Assembly (NCBI GenBank): GCA_034530615.2
Contig: JAVRCV020000065.1
Location: 64,001 to 128,000 of the forward strand
DNA length: 64,000 nt
Direction of reading: 5' to 3'
DNA from: Aulosira sp. ZfuVER01
GTDB taxonomy: Bacteria; Cyanobacteriota; Cyanobacteriia; Cyanobacteriales; Nostocaceae
Shown here: piece after piece, positions 49,545 through 61,949 of the stretch
How positions within the stretch are numbered: position 1 is the first letter of the stretch
How the letters are laid out: every line of letters begins with the position of its first letter
Translations under genes and position numbers: made by a program
Notes under the pieces: generated by a model
What the model was told of the DNA's origin: nothing
What the model saw: only the letters and a program-made list of their open reading frames with translations
Database searches by the model: none

Positions 49545-49837
49545 TGAGTTACTTTGATAGTTTTAGTATTTTCCTTGCTGTGTGTAGATTTAACAAAAAT
49601 CCATATATGCAAGCTACTGTTTAGTGATTTCGCCAGTGTATAGATATGCAACACAAGCCTTTTTTACAGATAAGCTTCACGGGTTTTGGTATACCATGTT
49701 TCTTTTTGCAGATACAAACTTTGATATCTTTAACGTTTGCTAATAAAGTATTGATAACTTAACAAAATGTCTCATCTAGCTGGTCTAATTGCATATCTTT
49801 GGCTGTTGTGGTTTGCAGATGCGAAGTGAGACGTTCG

Positions 49838-51961
49838 ATGGATAAGTCCCGTCAATCATCCTTTCGGCGTATTTTATTAACAAGAATATTGCTGCTGTTT
49901 GTGCCAGTGTTATTAATAGGAGAGATTGTCGCCTTAAATAAGGCACGCACTAGCCTATTAAAAACGGCGCGACAGAACTTAACAGAAAGTGCCGTTATTA
50001 AAGGGGAGAAGATTGTAGATGCGATCGCAACCCTGAAAACTAGTTTGCTCATTATCAGTAAAACAAAAGTTATACAGTCTCGTTCACTCACTGAGGCGCA
50101 GGAATTTCTTAATCAAATAGCGCAACAACTGCCAACCAAAATTGAATGTCTTCAATTAAAGAATTTACAAACAGACAAAATAGTTGCCAGTACTTGTGAC
50201 GACAAACCGATTGAAGAACTGAGCCAATCTTTGCCTAGCCAAGGAGTTGATATTACAGCAATTTTACCTCCCAAGGCTGGAACAACTGGTTCTAGAGATC
50301 CACAAAACCAATTGCAAGTATTATTATCGGCTCCAGTCTATGATGATACAGGTAAATTGCTTTACAGCTTAAGTCTTCATTCAGCATTGTACCAACAAAC
50401 CACAAAACAGCCGGGATCGCTCACAGGCTCTCTACTAGTTATCTCTGAAGATGGCACAATTTTAGCGCACCCATTACCAGAAAGAGTGGGGAATAATATT
50501 CAACAGTATCCAGATGCTGCCAAACTTCAAAGTATTATTCAAAATGCGAATATAGGGCAAAAAGATTCTACAGATGTGTCTTTTAATCAGAAGCAAGAAT
50601 TAGTAGCCGGTTATACAGCAATTAAAGATCCCATTAAACAAAATTCACAGCAAAAATGGATTGTTTTAGCTGTTACCAGTGTAGAAAATGCTCTTTTTGG
50701 TTTGGAAGAAATAAAACTGATTCTCATTGTTTTAACAGTGGGTTTAATAGGTGCAAGTTTATTAGCATCTTTGTATTTAGCTCCTTACCTCGCAAGACCA
50801 GTAGAAGAATTGCGAGATTATGCTCTCAATATTGACAGCCATCACAACGCCCAACCAATTCCTCATCATTTTAAAATTCGGGAGTTTAATCAACTAGCAC
50901 AAGCCCTAGATCAAATGGTTGAAAGACTCAAAGCTTGGGCAGAAGAACTGGAAATAGCGTGGAAAGAAGCAAAAACTGCTAATCAAATTAAAAGTCAGTT
51001 TTTAGCTACAACTTCTCACGAATTGCGAAATCCACTAAATATTATTATTAACTGTGTTCGCCTAGTTCACGATGGCTTGTGTGATAACCGAGAAGAAGAA
51101 ATAGAATTCCTCAAGCGTGCCGATGAAACAGCGATTCATCTATTAGGAATTATTAATGATTTACTTGATATTTCTAAAATTGAAGCGGGCAAACTTTCAG
51201 TAGTCGCAGAACCTCTGGATCTGAGAAAATTACTGCTGGAAGTCATTAATTTACAGTCAGTGAATGTACAACAAAGAGGCTTGCAGTTGAAAACTGACCT
51301 GGGTAGCGAGCAAATTCCAGTGAAAGCAGATGCAGCAAAGCTCAAGCAAGTACTGATTAATGTAATTGGCAATGCTACTAAATTTACCGAAGAAGGAAGC
51401 ATTGCGATCGCTTGTGAAATCCACAAAAGTTACGAGCAATCCCAAGTATTGATTCATATCACAGATACAGGCATGGGGATCGATCCTGCCCAACAGCACA
51501 AACTATTTCGTCCCTTTGTGATGGTAGATGGTGCAAGTACACGCAAAATTGAGGGTACAGGATTAGGACTGGCGATTTCACGCAACTTAATCGAACTCAT
51601 GAAAGGCAGTATAACCCTCAAAAGTGCGGGGCTTCATCAAGGCACAACAGTCACTATCACTTTGCCTTTAATTGATATTTCCCTATTATCTCCCCCAGTA
51701 GAGGAAGGTAATTTTAAGGATATCGAAATCTCCGCCATAGATGAGGCAAACAGGGGAATGAACGGCTTTGCTCATCTTCAACCAGAACCGCTACTTGAGT
51801 CTACAGAAATCCCAGAATCTACAATAGCAAGGATAGATGAACCCAAAGACGAGTTGCCGCTTGTGGAAGATACTTGCGAAGTCAATCTTCTGAGTCCACA
51901 AACTGTTTTGTCTAGTCTAGCGACGGGAGAAGCTTGTGCTAACGGTACTTCGGAAAGGTAG
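49838..51961 (+). CDS. Membrane sensor histidine kinase (Cache-like, HAMP, HisKA, HATPase)
   Basis: Two TMs, DGTILAHP, SHELRNPL, NATKFT, DTGMG, GTGLGLAIS. Confidence 0.92.
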   Translation: MDKSRQSSFRRILLTRILLLFVPVLLIGEIVALNKARTSLLKTARQNLTESAVIKGEKIVDAIATLKTSLLIISKTKVIQSRSLTEAQEFLNQIAQQLPTKIECLQLKNLQTDKIVASTCDDKPIEELSQSLPSQGVDITAILPPKAGTTGSRDPQNQLQVLLSAPVYDDTGKLLYSLSLHSALYQQTTKQPGSLTGSLLVISEDGTILAHPLPERVGNNIQQYPDAAKLQSIIQNANIGQKDSTDVSFNQKQELVAGYTAIKDPIKQNSQQKWIVLAVTSVENALFGLEEIKLILIVLTVGLIGASLLASLYLAPYLARPVEELRDYALNIDSHHNAQPIPHHFKIREFNQLAQALDQMVERLKAWAEELEIAWKEAKTANQIKSQFLATTSHELRNPLNIIINCVRLVHDGLCDNREEEIEFLKRADETAIHLLGIINDLLDISKIEAGKLSVVAEPLDLRKLLLEVINLQSVNVQQRGLQLKTDLGSEQIPVKADAAKLKQVLINVIGNATKFTEEGSIAIACEIHKSYEQSQVLIHITDTGMGIDPAQQHKLFRPFVMVDGASTRKIEGTGLGLAISRNLIELMKGSITLKSAGLHQGTTVTITLPLIDISLLSPPVEEGNFKDIEISAIDEANRGMNGFAHLQPEPLLESTEIPESTIARIDEPKDELPLVEDTCEVNLLSPQTVLSSLATGEACANGTSER

Positions 51962-51975
51962 GGGTTTGGGCATAG

Positions 51976-53103
51976 TTATTTGTTTCCTCCCCTGCTTTTT
52001 CTTTCTTGTCCCCAATTCTCAGCTTTGAGAAACACAACTTCCCCACCTCGCTGGAGAGATATTGTCAGGGCGGCGAGAATTTGCACTAACTCTGCGCCTA
52101 CCCAACCAGATGAAACCACTGGGGGAGTATTTTTGAGGATACAAGAAATAAAGCGATCGCAAACCCGCTGCAATGGTTCGCCCTTTTCTACTTCTAATAC
52201 CTCATGGCTTTGATTTATGGGCAGAAATTGATTGTCCTGAAATTCAAACTCACCTTGCAATAGGGTTAAAGGCGATGAATGTGACATTTCATCGAAAATC
52301 AAGCTACCACGCTGACCGACAACCGCCAACCGTCTTTGTTTATCAGTATTCAGCCAGCAAAGATGAATATATGCTTGAAAGCCATCTGGATATGTCAGCG
52401 TCACCCATACTAAGTCAGCTAGCTCTTGGTCGTGGGATGAAGAAGATGCCGTGAAATTCTCCGCGTCTCCGCGTCCCCTTGTCTCCTTGTCCCTAACTCC
52501 CTGCAACCACACCGTACCCGTTGCTTGCACTTTCACTGGTAGCTGACCCAGCCAAGTGTTGAAGATGGCAATATCGTGAATCGCTAAGTCCCACAATGCG
52601 TCCACATCTTGTCGGACTGGACCTAAATGAGTGCGGGTGGCGTAGCCATAGCGTAAATCTCCTAACTTACCCGCCTGAATTACAGCTTGCCCTTTCTCAA
52701 CGGCGGGGTGAAATAAATATGTGTGATCTACCATCAGTATTAAATGCTGTCGCTCTGCTAACTGGCAAAGTTCACGACATTCTACTGGGTCTAGAGTTAA
52801 GGGCTTTTCTGCTAAAACATGGTATCCCTGCTTAAGAGCATCCTTAATCAGGTGATAATGAGTGGTAGCAGGAGTAGCGATCGCCACTGCATTCAAATCT
52901 GATACTTGCTTTACAGCCTGCCACTCAGTTGTTAATAATACATTTTCATTTAAATTAAATTGCCGTTTTACCGCAGCCAACCTTTCTGGATTGGGGTCTA
53001 CAACTGCACCAATACGCACTTGGGGATGTTCTAAAAAATTCCGTAGCAAATGCACGCCCCAACGCCCAACGCCCAGGACAGCAATTGTAATTTGGTTATT
53101 CAT
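51976..53103 (-). CDS. Gfo/Idh/MocA family oxidoreductase
   Basis: LGVGRWG, ATPATTH, EKPL, WDLAIHD. Confidence 0.9.
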   Translation of the reverse strand: MNNQITIAVLGVGRWGVHLLRNFLEHPQVRIGAVVDPNPERLAAVKRQFNLNENVLLTTEWQAVKQVSDLNAVAIATPATTHYHLIKDALKQGYHVLAEKPLTLDPVECRELCQLAERQHLILMVDHTYLFHPAVEKGQAVIQAGKLGDLRYGYATRTHLGPVRQDVDALWDLAIHDIAIFNTWLGQLPVKVQATGTVWLQGVRDKETRGRGDAENFTASSSSHDQELADLVWVTLTYPDGFQAYIHLCWLNTDKQRRLAVVGQRGSLIFDEMSHSSPLTLLQGEFEFQDNQFLPINQSHEVLEVEKGEPLQRVCDRFISCILKNTPPVVSSGWVGAELVQILAALTISLQRGGEVVFLKAENWGQERKSRGGNK

Positions 53104-53200
53104 TAGTTATTTGTCAAGATTCAAGAGTTAAATTTTTGACAGTGGAATTTAAGCTCTTGAGTAATAACTGAATTATCTTCGGATGAATAGCCTATTGGGT

Positions 53201-53920
53201 TCAGGGTTGTTCCGGATTACTAATAGATAAAAAAGCTACTTTAGCTGCGGCTTGTTCGGCAGCTTTAATAGAACGTCCCTTACCTTGACCTAATTGTTTG
53301 CCGTGCAACCACACTTCCGCAACGAAACGCTCTTGATTGCGATGGGGTTGAGTCACTTCTACAACCCGATACTCAGGTAAAACTTTAAATTGCGCCTGAG
53401 TCCATTCTTGCAGCGCAGCTTTGTAGTTCAACCTAGCTGGATCGAGACGAATTTCTGCAGCTAATTGTTTGAAGTGAGGATCTAGCCAAGGACGGATGAG
53501 ATCGAGATTGTTAGTGCTGAGGTACAACGCACCCAGAACAGCTTCAAAAGCATCCGCCAGCCGAGATTCTTGACCAACTTTATCAGCAGTAGCACTACCA
53601 GCGACTAATAGATATAGTTCTAAACCATATTCTCTGGCTAATTGAGCGAGAATGCGATCGCTCACTAATACAGAACGAATTGCCGCAAAATCCCCCACTG
53701 GACAATCTGGATAATGTTCCCACAACACCACCGCAGCTACTAAGCGCACCACAGCATCACCGACAAACTCTAGTTGCTCATAATTTGCGGACTCAGAGAC
53801 AGTAGGATGAGTCAGCGCTAAATCTAGCAGTTGCCACTGTATGGGTGCTTCTTTGAGTAGCCCTAATTTTTTAACTAAACTTTCAAGCTGCCGCTGACGG
53901 CGTGGATAAGCGAGGGACAT
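53201..53920 (-). CDS. rnc: Ribonuclease III
   Basis: EQLEFVGDAV signature, ADAFEAVLGA, dsRBD NYKAALQEWTQ..K.AEQAAA; downstream of rnpB. Confidence 0.93.
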   Translation of the reverse strand: MSLAYPRRQRQLESLVKKLGLLKEAPIQWQLLDLALTHPTVSESANYEQLEFVGDAVVRLVAAVVLWEHYPDCPVGDFAAIRSVLVSDRILAQLAREYGLELYLLVAGSATADKVGQESRLADAFEAVLGALYLSTNNLDLIRPWLDPHFKQLAAEIRLDPARLNYKAALQEWTQAQFKVLPEYRVVEVTQPHRNQERFVAEVWLHGKQLGQGKGRSIKAAEQAAAKVAFLSISNPEQP

Positions 53921-53929
53921 TCAATCAGA

Positions 53930-54181
53930 AGGGGAGAAGGGAGCAGGGGAGCAGGGAGCAGTGGAAGATGAGGGAGATGGAGGAGATAAGAACAAATGAC
54001 AAATGACTATTGCCTATTCCGTTCTTGCCCAATGACGGCAGTTGCTACAACGCGACGGCACTTCCTTCAAGTCGGCGTTCGCCCTTGGCGTTGCCGAAGG
54101 CTAGCCGCCCAACGGAGTGCCTTGGAAACCCGCGCAACGCACTACCTCCCCAAAGCCCGATGCCCAATGCCCAATGCTCAA
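53930..54181. repeat. STRR runs with nested dispersed repeats between rnpB and rnc
   Basis: GGGAGCAG 8-mers, ACAAATG, TGCCCAA heptamers interrupted by a composite element at 54034-54147. Confidence 0.75.
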
Positions 54182-54190
54182 TAATTAAAA

Positions 54191-54658
54191 AGGGAGAGAG
54201 CAGATCATAAGCCGGGTTCTGTTCTCTGATGTAGAGATGTTATTGTAACCTCCCTACAATGAGGGCAGTTATCTATCTGGGACGTTTGTTACCAAACGCC
54301 TCTAGCGGCTCTGTTTTTGCGGAACTGGTAAAAGACCAACCATAGTTCCTTTCGCCTTGCTCCCAACCGGGGTTTACCGAGCCAGCGCCTCTCGACGCTG
54401 CTGGTGCGCTCTTACCGCACCTTTGCACCCTTACCAAAACAAGTAAAAAGTAAAAAGTACAAAGGTAAAAGAAGATTTCTTTCTTTTTACTTTTAGCTTT
54501 TATCTTTTGACTTATTTTGGCGGTATCTTTCTGTGGCACTATCCTCACGATCGCTCGCACTGGACGTTATCCAGCAAGTTTGGTCTTTCGGGAGCCCGGA
54601 CTTTCCTCAAACCAGTTGTTCTAACCGATCTGCAACCGCCTGCGTCTACTCCCTCCCT
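54191..54658 (-). ncRNA. rnpB: RNase P RNA (type A) with STRR-expanded helix
   Basis: Minus-strand GAGGAAAGTCCGGGCTC, GGTAAACCCCGGTTGGGAGCAAGG and ACAGAACCCGGCTTAT universal motifs; terminal P1 pairing. Confidence 0.96.
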
Positions 54659-54701
54659 AGATCCAGTGTAATCTTGGATGGCATTGTGTGTCTGATTTGA
54701 A

Positions 54702-55412
54702 TTACTTCTTTTTATTCCAAGGTAGGGCGTAAGTCCAAGGCAGTTTCCTGATTGTGAAAGGACAATTAACAATGCACATTGGCGGGATATTCACACCAGG
54801 AGCCAGACCAACACGTACCTCAGAAATTCGCAGTACTAACTGTAGGGAAAAATCTAACTGTTTTGTTCTGTTAACAAAATCGTTGTACAACTTTCTTTGC
54901 GCCTTGACAGGACTTTTTTGTAAACCACTAATATCAATTAAGGCTTTTGTTGTTGAGTAAGTTCCTGTAGTTGCATCTCGGCTGAAAACATCTTCTGCTG
55001 TCACTGTTGCAGAAAGCGTTTTCTTGGGAGCGACAAGGCTGGGACTTTGCGGTACAGCCAAGTCGCGGGTCAAGTCTGGTGATTTGCGAATTACTCGGCG
55101 TGATTGCTTGTTGTGTTCAACTACTATCGAGCTATTGTCCCAATCAATATAGATAGCAAGATTATCAGATTTATTTTCAATGCTAACTGACAACTCTTTC
55201 AACTCGTCAAATGAGTATGAGGGGCTAAGTCTAAAAGAAATTCCTACTTGGTCTTGGAGATTTTGCTCTTTGAGTTGATCGTCAACAACTCCTTTTTGAT
55301 GTTCAAATTTGATTTTGTCATCGATCGACTCAATCATCAAATTAAAAATATAAGTGACGCCGATAATATAAAGCGTCAAAACCAGTAAATTTTGGTCGCC
55401 ATTTCCTCTCAT
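54702..55412 (-). CDS. Hypothetical protein with N-terminal TM
   Basis: 236-aa ORF, IDWDNSS..RVIR motif, co-oriented upstream of rnpB. Confidence 0.75.
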   Translation of the reverse strand: MRGNGDQNLLVLTLYIIGVTYIFNLMIESIDDKIKFEHQKGVVDDQLKEQNLQDQVGISFRLSPSYSFDELKELSVSIENKSDNLAIYIDWDNSSIVVEHNKQSRRVIRKSPDLTRDLAVPQSPSLVAPKKTLSATVTAEDVFSRDATTGTYSTTKALIDISGLQKSPVKAQRKLYNDFVNRTKQLDFSLQLVLRISEVRVGLAPGVNIPPMCIVNCPFTIRKLPWTYALPWNKKK

Positions 55413-55474
55413 AACTTAAAATATAGACTCCCTCTAATAATTTTGTATATTCGTTTCATAGCCATACCCTATAT

Positions 55475-56617
55475 TTAATCTTGCTTCATCGTTACAGACC
55501 GTTCTAGCCAGCCCCGCCGCCAAAAAAAGAATAATAATCCACCTGCGATCGCTGCCATAACTGCCAAGCACATCGGATATCCCCAATACCAATTCAGTTC
55601 AGGCATATTATAGGGGGATTTTTCGGTATTGAAGTTCATTCCATAAATTCCCGCTACAAAAGTTAAGGGAATAAAAATTGACGAAACCACCGTTAGTATC
55701 TTCATTATTTCATTCATTTTGTTACTAACTGCTGACAAATAAACATCCATCAATCCTGATGTCAGTTCGCGGTAAGTTTCTACCATATCAATTACTTGCA
55801 CTGCATGGTCATAACAATCTCTGAGATAGATTCGCACCTCATCACTTATAAGTTCACCGCTATCTCGCATCAAAGAACTAATTACATCCCGTTGCGGCCA
55901 AATGGCGCGACGTAGTTGCAGTAATTCTCGCTTAATTTGGTAAATCTTTTTGAGTGTTTTCTGGGTAGGTTTGACCATGACTTCCTCTTCTAAATCTTCA
56001 AGTTGCTCACCATAACTTTCTAACACAGGAAAAAAGCCATCAATAATTGCATCTAACAGGGCATAATTTAAATAATCTGCTCCTGATTTGCGAATAATAC
56101 CCTTAGATTTTTCAATCCGCGATCGCACTGCTTCAAAGCAATCATGTTCTGGTTCTTCTTGTACAGTCAGTAAATAATTTTTACCTAGTACAAAACTTAC
56201 TTGTTCGCTATAAAAGCCAAAAGCATTCTCCTTTGGGACTACCATCCGAGAAATTATTAATAATTGGTCTTCATAATCTTCTGTTTTCGGTCGCTCTGGC
56301 ACATTGACGATATCTTCTAAAACTAGAGGATGTAAATCAAATACTTGACCCACTCTTTGTAATATGTCTTGATTACCTAAACCCTGCACATCAACCCAAG
56401 TTACAGATGATCTATCTAAATAACTGATGCATTCCTCCGGAGTTTCTATTTGTTTGCTGATGTAATTATTTTGGTTATAATCAATCAAAATTATTTCCGG
56501 ATATTCCGCATTTTCATCAATGATCAGAGTTCCTGGTACATTTCCTGGTTGTTGATAAAAGTCTTTGATAAATAGATGATTGACGGCTTTATTTCGCCGA
56601 CGTATTTTTCTGACCAT
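55475..56617 (-). CDS. corA: Magnesium/cobalt transporter CorA
   Basis: LHPLVLEDI, YLRDCYDH, YGMNF signature, MPEL. Confidence 0.95.
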   Translation of the reverse strand: MVRKIRRRNKAVNHLFIKDFYQQPGNVPGTLIIDENAEYPEIILIDYNQNNYISKQIETPEECISYLDRSSVTWVDVQGLGNQDILQRVGQVFDLHPLVLEDIVNVPERPKTEDYEDQLLIISRMVVPKENAFGFYSEQVSFVLGKNYLLTVQEEPEHDCFEAVRSRIEKSKGIIRKSGADYLNYALLDAIIDGFFPVLESYGEQLEDLEEEVMVKPTQKTLKKIYQIKRELLQLRRAIWPQRDVISSLMRDSGELISDEVRIYLRDCYDHAVQVIDMVETYRELTSGLMDVYLSAVSNKMNEIMKILTVVSSIFIPLTFVAGIYGMNFNTEKSPYNMPELNWYWGYPMCLAVMAAIAGGLLFFFWRRGWLERSVTMKQD

Positions 56618-56909
56618 ATAGTTTTACCTTTAATAATTAATTATTAGTCATTTGTTAATTTTGAAAAATCCAAATATGAGATTTTTGATGAGGCTTGATA
56701 GCAAAATATAGTTTTCTTTGTGTCTCTGTGGTTCAAATATCTTCTCAGGGACTTCCAAATTAAAAATAACCCATCGCGCTAAATGTAAGCGATCGAGGAA
56801 AAGGGCTAAAGAATTAGAGACAAATCATTTGTATCAGGTAGTGAGTGAAATGGTATTAACTATTTAAGCCGATATGATATCATTCCCTCACCTCTAGGTC
56901 AGAAATGAT

Positions 56910-56948
56910 AAAAAAAAAAAACAGTTTGCCTTAGCTAAGACAAACTGC
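56910..56948 (-). terminator. Rho-independent terminator of groEL
   Basis: Minus strand CAGTTTGTCTTAGCTAAGGCAAACTG followed by a long T run. Confidence 0.8.
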
Positions 56949-56978
56949 TTAATAAATATTTATATGGGGCAGCAGAGA

Positions 56979-58661
<1,683 letters not shown>

Positions 58662-58690
58662 TCATTTCTCAAGCGCTTCCATTAGACAAT

Positions 58691-58717
58691 TTAGCACTCA
58701 CAGAGCAAGAGTGCTAA
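58691..58717. promoter_or_regulatory. CIRCE element (HrcA operator)
   Basis: Perfect TTAGCACTC-N9-GAGTGCTAA just upstream of groEL. Confidence 0.95.
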
Positions 58718-58875
58718 CTTCCAAGAGCGATCGCATAACAAAAGATTGGAGATTGGTGAGATGAGGGACAAGGGAGAAATAACTCTTGACTCTTGACCCT
58801 TGACTCTTAACACTTATTGATTAACATACAGTTGATGCTCATGTTGAATAGTAGCAGTAATGGTTGAATTGGGAG

Positions 58876-59967
58876 ATGAATCTAGACAACTCCCTTAAAT
58901 CCCTCGGTATTGCCGACCCTAGCGGCACCGGCTGGTTGGCTGTAGTATTTACGTTTCTCTTGGCTTGGCTAGTAACATGGCGGTTAATTCCCACAGTACG
59001 CAAATTTGCCTTGCGGGTAGGTTGGGCTGACCAACCAAACGCACGACGGCTTAACCGAGAACCTTTGCCCAATGCAGGGGGTCTGGCTATTTATACGGGC
59101 GTGATTGCGGCACTAGTATTAGCTACCCTTTTACGACCAATCGAATTACAAGGCGTATTGGCTCAAGTACTGACTATTCTTTTAGGAGGGACGATATTAG
59201 TTCTGGTTGGCTTTATTGATGACCAGTTTGGCTTACCTCCCTCAGTACGGATGTTTACTCAGGTTCTCACAGCCTTGTTGCTGGTTGCCAACGGTATTAG
59301 AATTGAAATCGCTTTTGGCACACCAATCGACTATTTTCTTTCTATATCGCTAACAGTATTTTGGGTAGTAGGAATTACTAATGCTATCAACTTGATGGAT
59401 GGTATGGATGGTTTAGCCGGAGGGGTAAGTTTTATTACTGCCATGAGTTTGTTGGCGGTTTCTGCCCAAATTTCCTATCGCGCAGCAGCGACCCTGGTAC
59501 TGGCTGCATTAGGGGGTGCAGCGCTGGGCTTTTTGCGCCATAACTTCCACCCCTCGCGGATCATTATGGGTGATGCCGGAGCCTACTTTTTTGGGTATGT
59601 GCTGGCCGCAACTAGTATTTTAGGGAAACTCCAGGTAAACACTGTATTTTCCCTAATTCCGACAGTTTTATTTTTGCTGTTGCCAGTGTTGGACACTACT
59701 CAAGTAATTGTGCGACGACTGATGGCAGGGAAAAATCCTATGAGTACTCCTGGCAAAGACCATCTGCACCATCGCTTGCTGGCTTGGGGATTTTCCCAAC
59801 GCCGTGCTGCGTATACTCTTTGGTCAATCACTTTGGTTTGTAATTTGTTGGCGATGAGAATGCAGAATTTGACCTTGGTACAAATGCTAGCTACAACAAT
59901 AAGTGTCATCTCCCTGATTTGCTTTACTATCTGGGGGAGAATACAGAAAACAGAATGTATTTCATGA
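58876..59967 (+). CDS. MraY/WecA-family glycosyltransferase (family 4)
   Basis: GFIDD, NAINLMDGMDGL, NFHPSRIIMGDAG, HLHHRL. Confidence 0.9.
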   Translation: MNLDNSLKSLGIADPSGTGWLAVVFTFLLAWLVTWRLIPTVRKFALRVGWADQPNARRLNREPLPNAGGLAIYTGVIAALVLATLLRPIELQGVLAQVLTILLGGTILVLVGFIDDQFGLPPSVRMFTQVLTALLLVANGIRIEIAFGTPIDYFLSISLTVFWVVGITNAINLMDGMDGLAGGVSFITAMSLLAVSAQISYRAAATLVLAALGGAALGFLRHNFHPSRIIMGDAGAYFFGYVLAATSILGKLQVNTVFSLIPTVLFLLLPVLDTTQVIVRRLMAGKNPMSTPGKDHLHHRLLAWGFSQRRAAYTLWSITLVCNLLAMRMQNLTLVQMLATTISVISLICFTIWGRIQKTECIS

Positions 59968-60097
59968 GTAACTTTTTGGTAACGAAAGTTGTAAATGTTA
60001 GCTAATGTTCTTGAAGCAATAAAAGTGGCGATCGCTCTTCCATTTGCGATCGCCATTTCTGTAAGTATCAAGGTTTTTTACACTGGTAACAGCCGAT

Positions 60098-60880
<783 letters not shown>

Positions 60881-61256
60881 TCACCGCGCTAATTATCTTA
60901 TGGTGATTTGAGTCATATTTTGTACTTGTTTGGTATGGGCATAGGGCATTTGTCATTGGTTATTTCTCCCTTATCCCATTTCTCCCAATGCTTCCCACGC
61001 TCCCTTGTCTCCCTGCTCCCCTGCTTTTTCTCCCTTGTCCCGTTTTCATGCATGGTGATGAAAATTTTTTCATTGGGACTGCCTTCTGATTACATTTCTA
61101 TAAACTCATCAAGTTTTGCAAATTCTCACTTTCAGCAGCTAAATTTTGATTACGAGGATAGTTAATTTTCACTTAATAAAAACAAAATGATGTTACACCC
61201 TTTTTTTTAGGCACGCATTACTATTGAAAGCAAACAACAGAAAATTTGTGTGTCAT

Positions 61257-61574
61257 ATGGCTACTAAAAAACAATTCAACAGCTTTGAAGAGATGTTGTC
61301 TAGTTCTGATGTACCTGTGTTGGTAGATTTTTATGCTGAGTGGTGCGGTCCTTGTCAAATGATGGTGCCAATTTTAGAGCAGGTAAATGCCCAACTTCAA
61401 GGTCGGTTACGTATTGTTAAAATCGATACGGAAAAATATACAGAGCTAGCAAGCCAGTATCAGATTTATGCCCTACCAACTTTGGTACTGTTTAAGCAAG
61501 GTCAACCAGTAGATCGGATTGAAGGAGTGATGCAAGCACAGCAGTTAGTGCAACATCTCCAAGGCGTCATTTAA
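61257..61574 (+). CDS. Thioredoxin (probably y-type)
   Basis: MATKKQFNSFEEML..VDFYAEWCGPCQMM. Confidence 0.88.
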   Translation: MATKKQFNSFEEMLSSSDVPVLVDFYAEWCGPCQMMVPILEQVNAQLQGRLRIVKIDTEKYTELASQYQIYALPTLVLFKQGQPVDRIEGVMQAQQLVQHLQGVI

Positions 61575-61587
61575 GATTGTTATGCAC

Positions 61588-61613
61588 AGAGGCGCGAACT
61601 TTCGCGTCTCTAC
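61588..61613. repeat. REP-like palindrome
   Basis: AGAGGCGCGAACTTTCGCGTCTCTAC. Confidence 0.6.
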
Positions 61614-61949
61614 CAGCCAAAAATATTTATAAAAATAATAAAATATTTAATCATTAGAAACCGTCTGATAGAAAAAAGGTAAAAAATTGAATAAATAAGC
61701 CTTTGCTATATGTTGATTTTAAAATTATATTTATTAATCACCGCCTGAAGAATTATGTTTTTAGCAAAAATCAAATTCGTTAATGGGAAGCTAACAGTTA
61801 AATTCTATAGAAGTAGAGCATAAAAATTTATGAACTACAGCTTTGTTATGTTCTGTAAGTAACCCATACAGCTTTATATTGTAACAAGTGGTAAATATTT
61901 CATAGACTAAGTATTTAAGATAACTGCTTGTTGTTTAATAAAGCCCAAT

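Noticed and set aside
53996..54772. Short ORFs around rnpB
   Set aside because: They overlap the RNase P RNA and repeat elements.
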